From Phycisphaeraceae bacterium (GTDB lineage: Bacteria > Planctomycetota > Phycisphaerae > Phycisphaerales > Phycisphaeraceae), in NCBI GenBank assembly GCA_963674705.1, contig OY771506.1, forward strand, positions 5,312,001 to 5,376,000: a stretch of DNA of 64,000 nucleotides, written 5' to 3'. Of the stretch, positions 10,451 to 19,517 are shown piece after piece. The notes under the pieces were generated by a model, which was given only the letters and a program-made list of their open reading frames with translations, was not told where the DNA came from and searched no databases. Position 1 is the stretch's first letter. Each line of letters begins with the position of its first letter. Both the position numbers and the translations under genes were made by a program.

Positions 10451-10786
10451 TCACGCCGAGGCCATTGCCTTGGACTGCGCCTTGAGGTTCTGCTCGATTG
10501 CCCGCGTGGCGCAGGCCAGGAAGTTCAGGATGCAGGGTGTGCGAAGTGAATAGTACACCTGCAACCCCTCCTTGCGCGTCTTCAGCACCCCGGCCTTGAG
10601 CATGACCGCCAGGTGTCGCGACGTGTTGGACCGCTCGGCCCCGATCCGCTCGGCGATCTCACACACGCAGACCTCGCCGTCCTTGAGCAATTCCACGATC
10701 GCGACCCGGATCGGATGGGCCAATGCACTGATTATCTGGGCCTGCATCTCGTAGCGTTGCCAATTATTCTTGATCTTTGACTTCAT
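10451..10786 (-). CDS. arsR: ArsR/SmtB family metalloregulator
   Basis: ALAHPIR, EVCVCEI, SRHLAVM, VYYSL; GGAG RBS before ATG 10786. Confidence 0.92.
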   Translation of the reverse strand: MKSKIKNNWQRYEMQAQIISALAHPIRVAIVELLKDGEVCVCEIAERIGAERSNTSRHLAVMLKAGVLKTRKEGLQVYYSLRTPCILNFLACATRAIEQNLKAQSKAMASA

Positions 10787-10803
10787 CGTGGGCTCCGAAC
10801 AAA

Positions 10804-10838
10804 TATGTGATAATATAATCACATAGTAGCGAAGTCAA
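10804..10838 (-). promoter_or_regulatory. Sigma70-type promoter overlapped by an inverted-repeat operator
   Basis: Minus strand TTGACT-N17-TATTAT; TATGTGAT-N6-ATCACATA at 10804-10825. Confidence 0.8.
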
Positions 10839-10953
10839 GTTGATTGGCGGGAGGGATCGATCGTTTAGTTCCCGCCCTCTGAGAATTACTTCCCCACAGA
10901 CTAAAGACAGGATGACTCAGCTACTGATCGGCTGATGGGTAGTGTTTCACACT

Positions 10954-11610
10954 TCACTGATACCGCTTCGCCCTCTGTATCAGGTCCCTACCCAGCACGG
11001 GTAGTGCGGCCCTTTGTTCGGCGGAGGTGTTGTAGAGGAGTTTGCGCTGCAGAGGGCTGGCTTCGGCCATGGCTTTGGCGGGGTCTTTGAAGACGTCGGC
11101 GGCGGGATTCTGATTGACCCATTTGAGAAACTCCCCGTCGCGATCCATGGTGTTGATCATGAAGAGGATACGGTCAAGGAACGGACCCTTCTGGGCCTGC
11201 GGAAGCTGCTGATACTGGTCGGCGAGATTGTAGGCGAGTGCGAATTCCATCTGGGTGCGGATTGTGCGAGCGGTCGCGCGGTCAAGACCTGCGTCGCGCC
11301 ATTGCTTTTTAAAAGCAAGGCGGTCGTCGGCGTTTGCGTTGAAGTAGCGGGTAGCCAGTTCACTAACCAGGCGGTCGCGCTGTGCGGAGCTGATGCGGTC
11401 GTTGTTTTCAGAGAGGAACGCGACGAGGTCCTGGTGTGGCGCGTCGAGGGATGGTGGGATAGGCGGGACGAGGGCACGCCAGGTGAGAACGCCGCCGAGT
11501 GCAACGGCGAGTAAGCAGAGGCAGATAGCGGACCACTTGCGTGCGGGGGTGGCGTTGATCCAGTTGAGTAGACGACGGCGCGGGGAGGGCTTGCTTTTGG
11601 CGTGTTTCAT
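10954..11610 (-). CDS. Hypothetical membrane-anchored helical protein
   Basis: Start MKHAKS overlaps upstream stop (ATGA) after GGAGG; one TM helix. Confidence 0.75.
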   Translation of the reverse strand: MKHAKSKPSPRRRLLNWINATPARKWSAICLCLLAVALGGVLTWRALVPPIPPSLDAPHQDLVAFLSENNDRISSAQRDRLVSELATRYFNANADDRLAFKKQWRDAGLDRATARTIRTQMEFALAYNLADQYQQLPQAQKGPFLDRILFMINTMDRDGEFLKWVNQNPAADVFKDPAKAMAEASPLQRKLLYNTSAEQRAALPVLGRDLIQRAKRYQ

Positions 11611-12170
11611 TGTTCGACCTCCTCTGAGGTGGGAACCTGGTCCCAGAGCCAGTCGACATGGGTGTCGTAGTAGACGGTCTGCTGGGGATTGGCGATGTCC
11701 TTTGGCGCGGGGTGGAACTTGGCTGCATCGGAGAGGATGGGGACGATCTCGGGCTTCTTGCGGGCAACGTCGGCGATGACCTTTGCGTTCACAGGGTTGA
11801 GCATGATCGCTGCACCGGGGAGGTATTCGTAGCTGGTGCCGCGATCGAGGAAGTAGCCGCGGTCGTCTGAAGGGCATTGGTAGACATCCATGGCGGGGAC
11901 CTCGTTTTCGAGCACAGCCATGATCGTGACCTCATTGGGTGGTGCAACGTCGACGGGCTGCGGGAGGCTGACGGCGGCGGGCATGAGGTCGGGGTGTTTG
12001 TCGGCGTAGATCGCCCAGCCGGCGCCGATGTTTTTCAGTTGTGCTTTACATCTGGTAGACCGTGCGGAGCGCATGGCTGCGCCGAGCGCGGGCATGAGGA
12101 TACCGACGAGTAACGATATGATGGCGATCACAACGAGCAGTTCGATGAGGGTGAATGCGTTGCGTTTCAT
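11607..12170 (-). CDS. Prepilin-type N-terminal cleavage/methylation protein (DUF1559-like)
   Basis: [29 protein letters not shown] and degenerate H-X-DGHV tail (YYDTHV). Confidence 0.92.
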   Translation of the reverse strand: MKRNAFTLIELLVVIAIISLLVGILMPALGAAMRSARSTRCKAQLKNIGAGWAIYADKHPDLMPAAVSLPQPVDVAPPNEVTIMAVLENEVPAMDVYQCPSDDRGYFLDRGTSYEYLPGAAIMLNPVNAKVIADVARKKPEIVPILSDAAKFHPAPKDIANPQQTVYYDTHVDWLWDQVPTSEEVEQ

Positions 12171-13360
12171 GGCATGGTCTCTGCCTGAAGTTTGCCTGTG
12201 ATGATGCGGGTTGAGCCGTCGGGTTGCGTCCAGCGCATGAGCGTTTGTTCATCGCCGAAGCGTACACGTTGACCGAAGTATTGGGGCTTGGCGTTGCTGT
12301 CTTGTAATTGGAAGTAGAAGAGCCCTGCAGCGATGGCGTCGCCGAGCGCGTCGCGTTGAGCTTGCTCGGTGTTCATCGGTTCGGGCAGGTTATGCCAGGT
12401 GGATGCGGGACGAAGCGCGATCATGACGATCTTGGCAAGGCTCTCCCATGCAACCATTTCCGTAGCGGGGTACCGGCCTTGCTTGAGCGTGGCGTAGCGG
12501 TTGAACGTGCGGATCAGCGGTTGTTCGCCGGGCGAGGGAACGACGAGCGGGTCGATGCGGTCATATTGCATCGGCAGGTCGAGCGTGAAGGTGTCTGCAT
12601 CGATGGGTTCATGCCAGGTGAACTGATCGAGTTGCCACGTGAGGACTTCGCGATCGTTAAGCGGGACGCGGACGGTTATCTGCTGAGGCAATTGGGTAGC
12701 GGAGTCGACCCAGACGTCGAGCGTACTTTCATCGGACAGGCCGACGGCTTTGGCGGGGATGCGGAAGCCGATCATGTCGGGATGTTCGGCGGATTCGCTG
12801 ATAGGAACAGGCTTGATCTTGTCGGAAATGTTGCCCAATCGGCGCACGAGGGTGGTGGGATCGAACTGAAGCAAAGACCGTGCATCGATTTCATCAGGCA
12901 AGTTGATGGGAATGATGGCTCTGTGAGTATGGTCGACAAGGATGGGTAGGCCTTGCCTGGGAAGCCAGAACTGTGCCAGTGGCATACCGAGCGCATCGAT
13001 GTCGAGCCGGACGCCCAGGTCGCGGTCTGCCCAGGATTGCCCCGTGCTGAGCGGGATGGATTTATCGTCCTGAAAGAGTGTGAGTGAGGAGTGGAAACGG
13101 ATGGTAGGCGAGCGTTCGATGCAGCGCTGCACCGCAGCGAAGCTGACGCCGGAAGAAGGCATAAGCAGGAGCATGAAGACGAATAGGAGGATCGCTGCGC
13201 TGGAGGTTAACGCAGCGATCCAACCCGCGATGGTACGGCGGTGTTTACGGCGTTGGGACGCGACGTGATCGAGTACGCGCCGGCGTGTAGCGTCGAGCCA
13301 AGCGTGGTCCGGGTCGTCGGACGGGAGGGTTTTGAATATGTCTCGCATGGGATCGTTCAT
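12167..13360 (-). CDS. Putative anti-sigma factor with LolA/MucB-like periplasmic domain
   Basis: Coupled to ECF sigma; short cytoplasmic N-terminus, [29 protein letters not shown]. Confidence 0.65.
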   Translation of the reverse strand: MNDPMRDIFKTLPSDDPDHAWLDATRRRVLDHVASQRRKHRRTIAGWIAALTSSAAILLFVFMLLLMPSSGVSFAAVQRCIERSPTIRFHSSLTLFQDDKSIPLSTGQSWADRDLGVRLDIDALGMPLAQFWLPRQGLPILVDHTHRAIIPINLPDEIDARSLLQFDPTTLVRRLGNISDKIKPVPISESAEHPDMIGFRIPAKAVGLSDESTLDVWVDSATQLPQQITVRVPLNDREVLTWQLDQFTWHEPIDADTFTLDLPMQYDRIDPLVVPSPGEQPLIRTFNRYATLKQGRYPATEMVAWESLAKIVMIALRPASTWHNLPEPMNTEQAQRDALGDAIAAGLFYFQLQDSNAKPQYFGQRVRFGDEQTLMRWTQPDGSTRIITGKLQAETMP

Positions 13361-13926
13361 GACTGGATTCCTGTTGATTGGAGCGATCCGTAGCGTTCAC
13401 GGAAGCGTTTGCGTGCGCGGTAGAGCAGGTTTTCGACGGATTTTTCGGAGCGGTTGATGCGTTCGGCTATTTGGCGGACGGTCAGGCTGTCACGGTACAT
13501 CCAGTTGAGCACGTCGCGTTGGGGTGGCGGCATGTTGGCGAGGACGGCGCGGACACGTTCGGCGTCGTGGTCGGTTTGTGTGTTAGGTACGGGAGGATCT
13601 TCGAGCAACTCACCGACGAGACGGAGGCGCGTGCGTTTCCGCTTGTGGTCGGCCAGCTTGCGTCGTGCGATGCCGAAAAGCCATTGGGAGACGGAACCGC
13701 GGTCGGGATCGAATTGTTCGATGGATTCGACGGCGGCGAGAAATGTCTCCGCGGCGAGGTCGTCAGCGACGGCGGCGTTGCCTGCGGTCCGGCTGTGTAT
13801 AAAACGCCAGATGTCGCGGGCGTGCTGATCGTATAACGATGCCCATGCGTCAGGATCATGGTCGGCAAGTCCCTTGTTGAATGGTTTCGACTGCAAGGCA
13901 AATCCCGGGGGCCACAGTGGATACAC
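13357..13926 (-). CDS. ECF sigma-70 factor
   Basis: DDLAAETFL, QWLFGIARRKLADH and region 4 IAERINRSEKSVENLLYRAR. Confidence 0.93.
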   Translation of the reverse strand: MYPLWPPGFALQSKPFNKGLADHDPDAWASLYDQHARDIWRFIHSRTAGNAAVADDLAAETFLAAVESIEQFDPDRGSVSQWLFGIARRKLADHKRKRTRLRLVGELLEDPPVPNTQTDHDAERVRAVLANMPPPQRDVLNWMYRDSLTVRQIAERINRSEKSVENLLYRARKRFRERYGSLQSTGIQS

Positions 13927-14018
13927 AGCGGTTAGTGCCGCGCGTCTTCGTATATGTTTACGTAACGGCCGGTGGAATCACTCGCGCAAATTTGGAAATT
14001 CGGACAAAAAAGTGTGGC

Positions 14019-14134
14019 GGTGTGGGGAATTGTATTTATGATCTAGGATTGATGATTTAGGATTTGTGCAAATGGCTAACGGCTAATGGCTTTCTCCCCC
14101 CCAACGCCGGTCCTGAGCGAAGCGAAGGGCCGGG
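14019..14134. repeat. Composite repeat copy 1 (heptamer arrays plus 36-bp REP-like core)
   Basis: Core CCCCAACGCCGGTCCTGAGCGAAGCGAAGGGCCGGG at 14099-14134, also at 24172 and 30160. Confidence 0.9.
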
Positions 14135-14170
14135 TATCTTCACCCCAACTTCACACAGGATCGTGCGCAT

Positions 14171-14203
14171 AAAAAAACCGGCCCCCGCGAGGCGAGAACC
14201 GGT
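14171..14203 (-). terminator. Rho-independent terminator of ilvC
   Basis: Minus strand ACCGGTTCTCGC/GCGGGGGCCGGT stem followed by a T run. Confidence 0.8.
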
Positions 14204-14250
14204 GATGATATTTGCTTGGTTTTCGGGACTCGATTCCCGCCAGCCGGGAT

Positions 14251-15255
14251 TTACATTTCCACGGCCTTGAGCCACGGCATCATGGCACGCAGCTTCTTGC
14301 CGACCTTTTCGATCGGGTGGTTCTTGTCCTTCTCGCGAGCGGCCTTGAACCAGGGGAAGCCCTTCTCGAAGTCGTCGCGGAAGGTCTTGGCGAAGGTGCC
14401 GTCCTGAATTTCTTTGAGGGCCTTCTTCATTTCGGCGCGGGTGGCTTGGGTGATGATGCGTGGACCCATGTGGTAGTCGCCGAACTCGGCGGTGTTGGAA
14501 ACGGAGTAGCGCATGTAGTTGAGGCCGCCGCGCTCGATCAGGTCGATGATGAGCTTCAGCTCGTGGCAGACTTCGTAGTAGGCCATCTCGGGGGCATAGC
14601 CTGCTTCGGTGAGGGTCTCGAAGCCGGCCTTGATCAGTTCGCTCAGGCCGCCGCAGAGCACGACCTGTTCGCCGAAGAGGTCGGTTTCGACTTCATCCTT
14701 GAAGGTGGAGACGATGACGCCGGCGCGGGCGCCGCCGATGGCGATGGTCCATGCCATGGCGATGTCCTGGGCGTTGCCGGTGGCGTCCTGCTCAACCGCG
14801 ATGAGGCAAGGCACGCCGCCGCCGCGTTCATATTCACTTCGGACGACATGGCCGGGGCCCTTGGGGGCGACCATGACGACGTTGATGTCCTTCGGGGGGA
14901 CGATGGTCTTGAAGTGGATATTGAAGCCGTGGGTGGCGACGAAGGTCTGGCCGGCCTTGAGGTTGGGGCCGATCTCTTTTTCGTAGATGGTGGGCTGCAA
15001 CTCGTCGGGGAGGGTGACGAGGATGACGTCAGCCTGCTTGACGGCCTCGGCTGCTTTCAGGGGCTTGAAGCCGGCCTCTACCGCAGCCTTGTAGTTGTCC
15101 GTGCCTTCCAGCTCGGCGACGATGACGTTAATGCCGCTGTCCCGGCCGTTTTGAGCGTGGGCGTGGCCCTGCGAGCCGAAGCCGATGATGGCCACGGTCT
15201 TACCCTGAAGGGGCGCAAGCGAGCCGTCCGATTCTTTGAGGATTTCAACCGCCAT
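14251..15255 (-). CDS. ilvC: Ketol-acid reductoisomerase
   Basis: IIGFGSQGHAHAQN, VAPKGPGH, ETDLFGEQVVLCGG, SVSNTAEFG. Confidence 0.97.
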   Translation of the reverse strand: MAVEILKESDGSLAPLQGKTVAIIGFGSQGHAHAQNGRDSGINVIVAELEGTDNYKAAVEAGFKPLKAAEAVKQADVILVTLPDELQPTIYEKEIGPNLKAGQTFVATHGFNIHFKTIVPPKDINVVMVAPKGPGHVVRSEYERGGGVPCLIAVEQDATGNAQDIAMAWTIAIGGARAGVIVSTFKDEVETDLFGEQVVLCGGLSELIKAGFETLTEAGYAPEMAYYEVCHELKLIIDLIERGGLNYMRYSVSNTAEFGDYHMGPRIITQATRAEMKKALKEIQDGTFAKTFRDDFEKGFPWFKAAREKDKNHPIEKVGKKLRAMMPWLKAVEM

Positions 15256-15431
15256 TTTTATCTCCTGGGGTCTGTATATCACGGGTCGGCGGGGTCCCAA
15301 GTGGCCAACCACGCGAGCCTTGTAAGGTAGTTGGGTCAGTGAGGGGCGTCAAATGTCGCCGGATCGACGAAGCAAAACAGAGCCGTGTCGCCCACGACGC
15401 GGTCCGCCGTGAGCCCGCGGCGGCCCAGTAT

Positions 15432-16358
15432 TCATACACGGTCCAAAGTCAGCACCTGTTCCTCGGCGTGGTAGCTGGAGCGGACCAAGGGGCCCGACTC
15501 AACGTGGCCGAAGCCGATCTGTTCGCCGATGCGCTTGTATTCAGCGAACTGCTCAGGTGTAACCCAGCGGGTGATCGGCAGGTGGTTGCGAGTCGGCTGC
15601 AGGTATTGGCCGATCGTGAGGATGTCGCACTTCGAGCCGTCGACGATGTCCTGCATGACCTGCGTGACTTCCTCATCCGTTTCGCCGATGCCGACCATGA
15701 TGCCGGTCTTGGTTCGCAGGCCCTGATCCTTGCAGCGACGTAACAGCTCGATCGAACGGTCGTACTTCGCCTGTGGCCGAACGACCTTGTACATCCGCCG
15801 GACGGTTTCCATGTTGTGATTCAGGATGTCCGGCCGGGCATCGATAACTTTCTGCAATGCGTCCCAATCGCCGCAGAAGTCAGGAATAAGCACCTCGATC
15901 GACGTGCCGGGTGATTTTTCGCGGATGGCGTAGATCGTCTCCGCCCAGATGCCCGCCCCACCGTCGGGTAGCTCATCGCGGTTGACGCTGGTCATGACCA
16001 GGTGCTTGAGCCCCATAAGGGCCGCCGCCTCGCCGACGCGTCGTGGCTCGTCAGTATCGAGGACCGGAGGCCTGCCGGTCTTGATGTGGCAGAAGCCGCA
16101 GGACCGCGTGCAGACGTCACCGAGGATCATGATGGTGGCCGTGCCCCGTGCCCAGCATTCGCCCATATTCGGGCATTTGGCGGACTCACAGACGGTGTGC
16201 AGCGCATGCTCATCAACCAGCGACCGCAGACGCGTATAACCGGGCCCGCCGGGCAGCTTGGCACGGAGCCAGCCGGGCTTCTTCTTGCGGACAAACTCCA
16301 ACGGCTTAGCCGCCGGGCCGTTGTCCAGCACTTGTTCGGACAGGGAATAGCTCTTCAC
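15432..16358 (-). CDS. lipA: Lipoyl synthase
   Basis: [20 protein letters not shown] and VRSSYHA. Confidence 0.97.
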   Translation of the reverse strand: MKSYSLSEQVLDNGPAAKPLEFVRKKKPGWLRAKLPGGPGYTRLRSLVDEHALHTVCESAKCPNMGECWARGTATIMILGDVCTRSCGFCHIKTGRPPVLDTDEPRRVGEAAALMGLKHLVMTSVNRDELPDGGAGIWAETIYAIREKSPGTSIEVLIPDFCGDWDALQKVIDARPDILNHNMETVRRMYKVVRPQAKYDRSIELLRRCKDQGLRTKTGIMVGIGETDEEVTQVMQDIVDGSKCDILTIGQYLQPTRNHLPITRWVTPEQFAEYKRIGEQIGFGHVESGPLVRSSYHAEEQVLTLDRV

Positions 16359-16402
16359 GGAAGTAGTTTAGCAGGCCAAGGCAACCGGGCCCAATGGCGA
16401 AG

Positions 16403-16440
16403 AAAAACACCTCGAACAAACGGGTTGTCCGAGGTGTTTG
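16403..16440 (-). terminator. Rho-independent terminator of the PEP-CTERM pair
   Basis: Minus strand AAACACCTCGGACAA/TTGTTCGAGGTGTTTTT hairpin. Confidence 0.8.
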
Positions 16441-16491
16441 GTTTCAAGATACGTTTGTGCAGTATGAGGTAAGACGATTTTCGCTCTTCGA

Positions 16492-17151
16492 TCAGACGCG
16501 ACGCCTGAACATCGCTAAACCACCCAGCCCCAAAAGCGCCGCCGTCGCCGGCTCGGGAACGGTCACGTAAGTGCGGAAGTCAAAGTCTGATGCTTCCAAG
16601 AAGGTGGACCAGTTGTCTACGGATTCATTTGTGTTGAAGTAGAACGCGTCTCCTCCAACATAAGACGCGACCGACTCGAGGTGCCCGAACATGTGGATGG
16701 GGCCACTGGTTGCGTTACCGATGGACTGAACGGCCAGAATGTCACCGACGTTGACAGTCAATCCAGCGGCGCTGAAGTCGAATCGGTAGACCCGATCCGC
16801 ACCCAGATCAGGCCAACCTTCCGACACAATCGTCGCCGAAGTCGATGAGGCTAACACGACCGAACCGCTGGCTCCGCCGATCGGGACGCCACCGCTGGTC
16901 TGAAGGATCCGCAATTCCGCAGGCGTATTGAGATTCCCGTGGATCTCCACACTCTCCAACATGCCCGTCTGGCCTACCGTAAACGTCTGTGCCACGCCTG
17001 TCGTGCCGTCGCTAAAAACAGGCTGACCGAACTCCGGGAATAAGTCCGGAAAGAATTCCTGATCCAGCACGACCTGGGCGTGTGCTGTGGATGCACCCAC
17101 GGCCGATACGATGGCAAGTGCGACGACATTCAGTTTCCCAACGATTTTCAT
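16492..17151 (-). CDS. PEP-CTERM exosortase substrate
   Basis: Signal peptide; VPEPATAALLGLGGLAMFRRR tail. Confidence 0.92.
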   Translation of the reverse strand: MKIVGKLNVVALAIVSAVGASTAHAQVVLDQEFFPDLFPEFGQPVFSDGTTGVAQTFTVGQTGMLESVEIHGNLNTPAELRILQTSGGVPIGGASGSVVLASSTSATIVSEGWPDLGADRVYRFDFSAAGLTVNVGDILAVQSIGNATSGPIHMFGHLESVASYVGGDAFYFNTNESVDNWSTFLEASDFDFRTYVTVPEPATAALLGLGGLAMFRRRV

Positions 17152-17221
17152 AGCCTGTTTTCCTTCCGGCTGAGTTCCAGCCTTGATAGACAAAGAGTTG
17201 TTCGGTTTGCAGGAATCACAA

Positions 17222-17863
17222 TCAACAATACACACGCTTCGACCGGCGCAAGGCTGCCAACCCGCCGATCGCCAGCAGCGCCGCCGACGCCGGCTCGGGA
17301 ACGGTCACGTAGGTACGGAAGCGCATATCCGTCCCGGGATAGAGCGTCCAATTGCTGTTGGATGTGTTGAACGTGAAAACCTGGCCTCCGGGGTAGTCCA
17401 CATTACTGTGCCCGCGCCATGAGGCAAGTCCAATCGGATCGTTAATCGGTTCGATCGCCAGGATGTCACCGACGTTGACAATCAAGCCAGCGCCGCTGAG
17501 ATCAAATCGTTGGATGTCGCCCGGCAGAGATGTCACCAATGTCGTCGAAGCCAGAACGACAGAAGTGCCGGCGCCGCCGAGGGGAACGCCGCCGATGGTC
17601 TGGAGGATACGCAGTTCGGTCAGCGGGAAGGCGATACCGGCATGGATCTCCACGCTGTCCAGAACGCCCGCCTGCTCCACCGTAAACGTCTGTGTAACGC
17701 CCCACGAGAGATCCTGTGGGCTTATTACAGAACCAAAATCCGACCGATCGGTCGGGAAGAATTCCTGATCCAACACGGTTGTGGCGGATGTCGTGGCTAC
17801 GCCCAACAATGAGACAACGGTGAAAACCAATGCGATGACGTTCAGTTTTCCAGCAATTTTCAT
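17222..17863 (-). CDS. PEP-CTERM exosortase substrate, paralogue of 16492-17151
   Basis: Signal peptide; shared VLDQEFFP, QTFTV, ELRILQT, FRTYVTVPEP. Confidence 0.92.
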   Translation of the reverse strand: MKIAGKLNVIALVFTVVSLLGVATTSATTVLDQEFFPTDRSDFGSVISPQDLSWGVTQTFTVEQAGVLDSVEIHAGIAFPLTELRILQTIGGVPLGGAGTSVVLASTTLVTSLPGDIQRFDLSGAGLIVNVGDILAIEPINDPIGLASWRGHSNVDYPGGQVFTFNTSNSNWTLYPGTDMRFRTYVTVPEPASAALLAIGGLAALRRSKRVYC

Positions 17864-17927
17864 GACCTGTTTTCCTTCTGGCTGAATTACAGCCTTAATT
17901 GGGTTGTTCAGTTTGTAGAATTCGAAA

Positions 17928-18164
17928 TCAACAACACACGCGCTTGCCCCGAAGCAGTGCGATTGCCTCAAACATCAACGGGACCAGCGACACGGTATTC
18001 GTGAATGAAAAGTCCACAGTAAAGATTCGGCTGACAATGTTTTTATTAAGGTTGCTGGACAGGACGGCCGCCCCTGTCGTCGCCGGGCTCTTCTCAAGCA
18101 GAACAACTGCCTTCGCCGATGCCAGCATCGACAAACCGATCACTACCATGAGATAGTGTTTGAT
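17928..18164 (-). pseudogene. Decayed third PEP-CTERM paralogue
   Basis: GAGGAG followed by ATC in place of ATG; signal-like N-terminus; tail LLRGKRVCC resembles LRRSKRVYC at DNA level. Confidence 0.6.
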
Positions 18165-18659
18165 GACTTCTCCTCTCCAAGTGGGACGCCGCAAATACAA
18201 CACGCCCGACAGCGTTTGATCGCAGCGATCAAACGGTGCGAATACTAAGTAAAACTAAAAACAGATAGAACCGCCCGTGGGTGTGAAGTTACCCAGTGGC
18301 GGAGAGTATACCGAAACACGTCATGATTTGACAAACGTTATTTTGAGAATTTAACAACTTTTAAAAAAACCAAATCGTATGGATCGGATAACACCCCCGT
18401 CCTTTTCATAATTCAACACACAACTGTTTACTGCTTGCGTGCGCTTATACGCATCGCATCCACCTGGAAGACAGACATAGGTTTTTCCACCCATTCCGGA
18501 GTGCAATACGGGTAAACCCTACTACCGTTTTCCCTCCGATGTCATAGATGCGCGCAAGAACGAATGATTGGCTGGAGTGAAATTGCGAATCAGCCCGGTT
18601 ATTAAAACAGACCCGCAACACTCCGGTTTTATTGACGAGGAAAAACAAAGATGCGAAAT

Positions 18660-18690
18660 AAAAAACACCCTCAACCATTGGCTGAGGGTG
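18660..18690 (-). terminator. Rho-independent terminator
   Basis: Minus strand CACCCTCAGCC/GGTTGAGGGTG stem followed by T6. Confidence 0.8.
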
Positions 18691-18728
18691 CTCAAGCGTA
18701 ATTCATAAATTGGCTTTGCGTTGTATGG

Positions 18729-19046
18729 TCAGGCTTGGCTGACTTCAACAAAGCGCTGCACGCTACCGAGGTCGCGGAGTACCTGGCTGGTGGCGACGAC
18801 CGTGCCCTGCTCGCCGATACGGCCCTTGATCGGGTGCTGCTTGACGAGTTGCCCGCCCCACAGACGACCGGCGCGGCGGCCGGGGCTGTAGTGGACCTTG
18901 CGGAGCTTGGCCTGGCGGGCGTGCTCGGTGGAGACGACCGGGTCCTTGGCCAAGACACGCATGAGGGTCTTGGCCGCAGCGGCGTTGGTGGGCTGCTTGA
19001 CGATCTTGACGTTGATCTTGCTGCCGGGGGCGATCTTATCGAGCAT
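18729..19046 (-). CDS. Small basic protein, possibly uL30-like with an insertion
   Basis: 105 aa, K/R-rich, own terminator; ends align by eye with uL30 (see findings). Confidence 0.75.
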   Translation of the reverse strand: MLDKIAPGSKINVKIVKQPTNAAAAKTLMRVLAKDPVVSTEHARQAKLRKVHYSPGRRAGRLWGGQLVKQHPIKGRIGEQGTVVATSQVLRDLGSVQRFVEVSQA

Positions 19047-19517
19047 CACGAGGGCCTTTCGTGGGCTGTTGTTATGGCTGGCCGGACCAATCTGCGGGCT
19101 CGGCATATCCGGGTTTATACTTACAAATCGAGCCGTGTATTATCACAGATCTCGGTTCAGGCGTCAAACCCGTTGCCAAGACGTGCCTGGCAAGCGTGTT
19201 ATCCCCCGTTTCTCCGCCGGGGGGGGCAAAAGTCTACTTCTTTTGTACTTAAAAGACAGGAACTGGCTAACCGGATCGCGGGTTCACACGATTGACCGAC
19301 AGGCCTCTGAGTTAACCATTTACAGCACTTAGGGCGGGTTAGCTTGCCACAATTTTTCAGCAATATCAAAGCGTAATACGGGATGCAATACTGAACACCA
19401 ATTACTCGTCGAACGATCATATTCATAGACCAGGGGATCATGTTTCTTGCCCCTGTTCCTGAACGCTGTAGGTGTATCGTTATCGGCAAGCAAATGAACC
19501 TGACTCAGGGGTAGATC

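Noticed and set aside
16492..17863. Diversity-generating retroelement template/variable repeat pair
   Set aside because: Both copies are full genes, differences are not adenine-specific, and no reverse transcriptase is present
19264..19350. Riboswitch upstream of the chemoreceptor (GCTAACC..GGTTAGC pairing)
   Set aside because: Only a 7-bp complement; c-di-GMP riboswitch consensus elements not found
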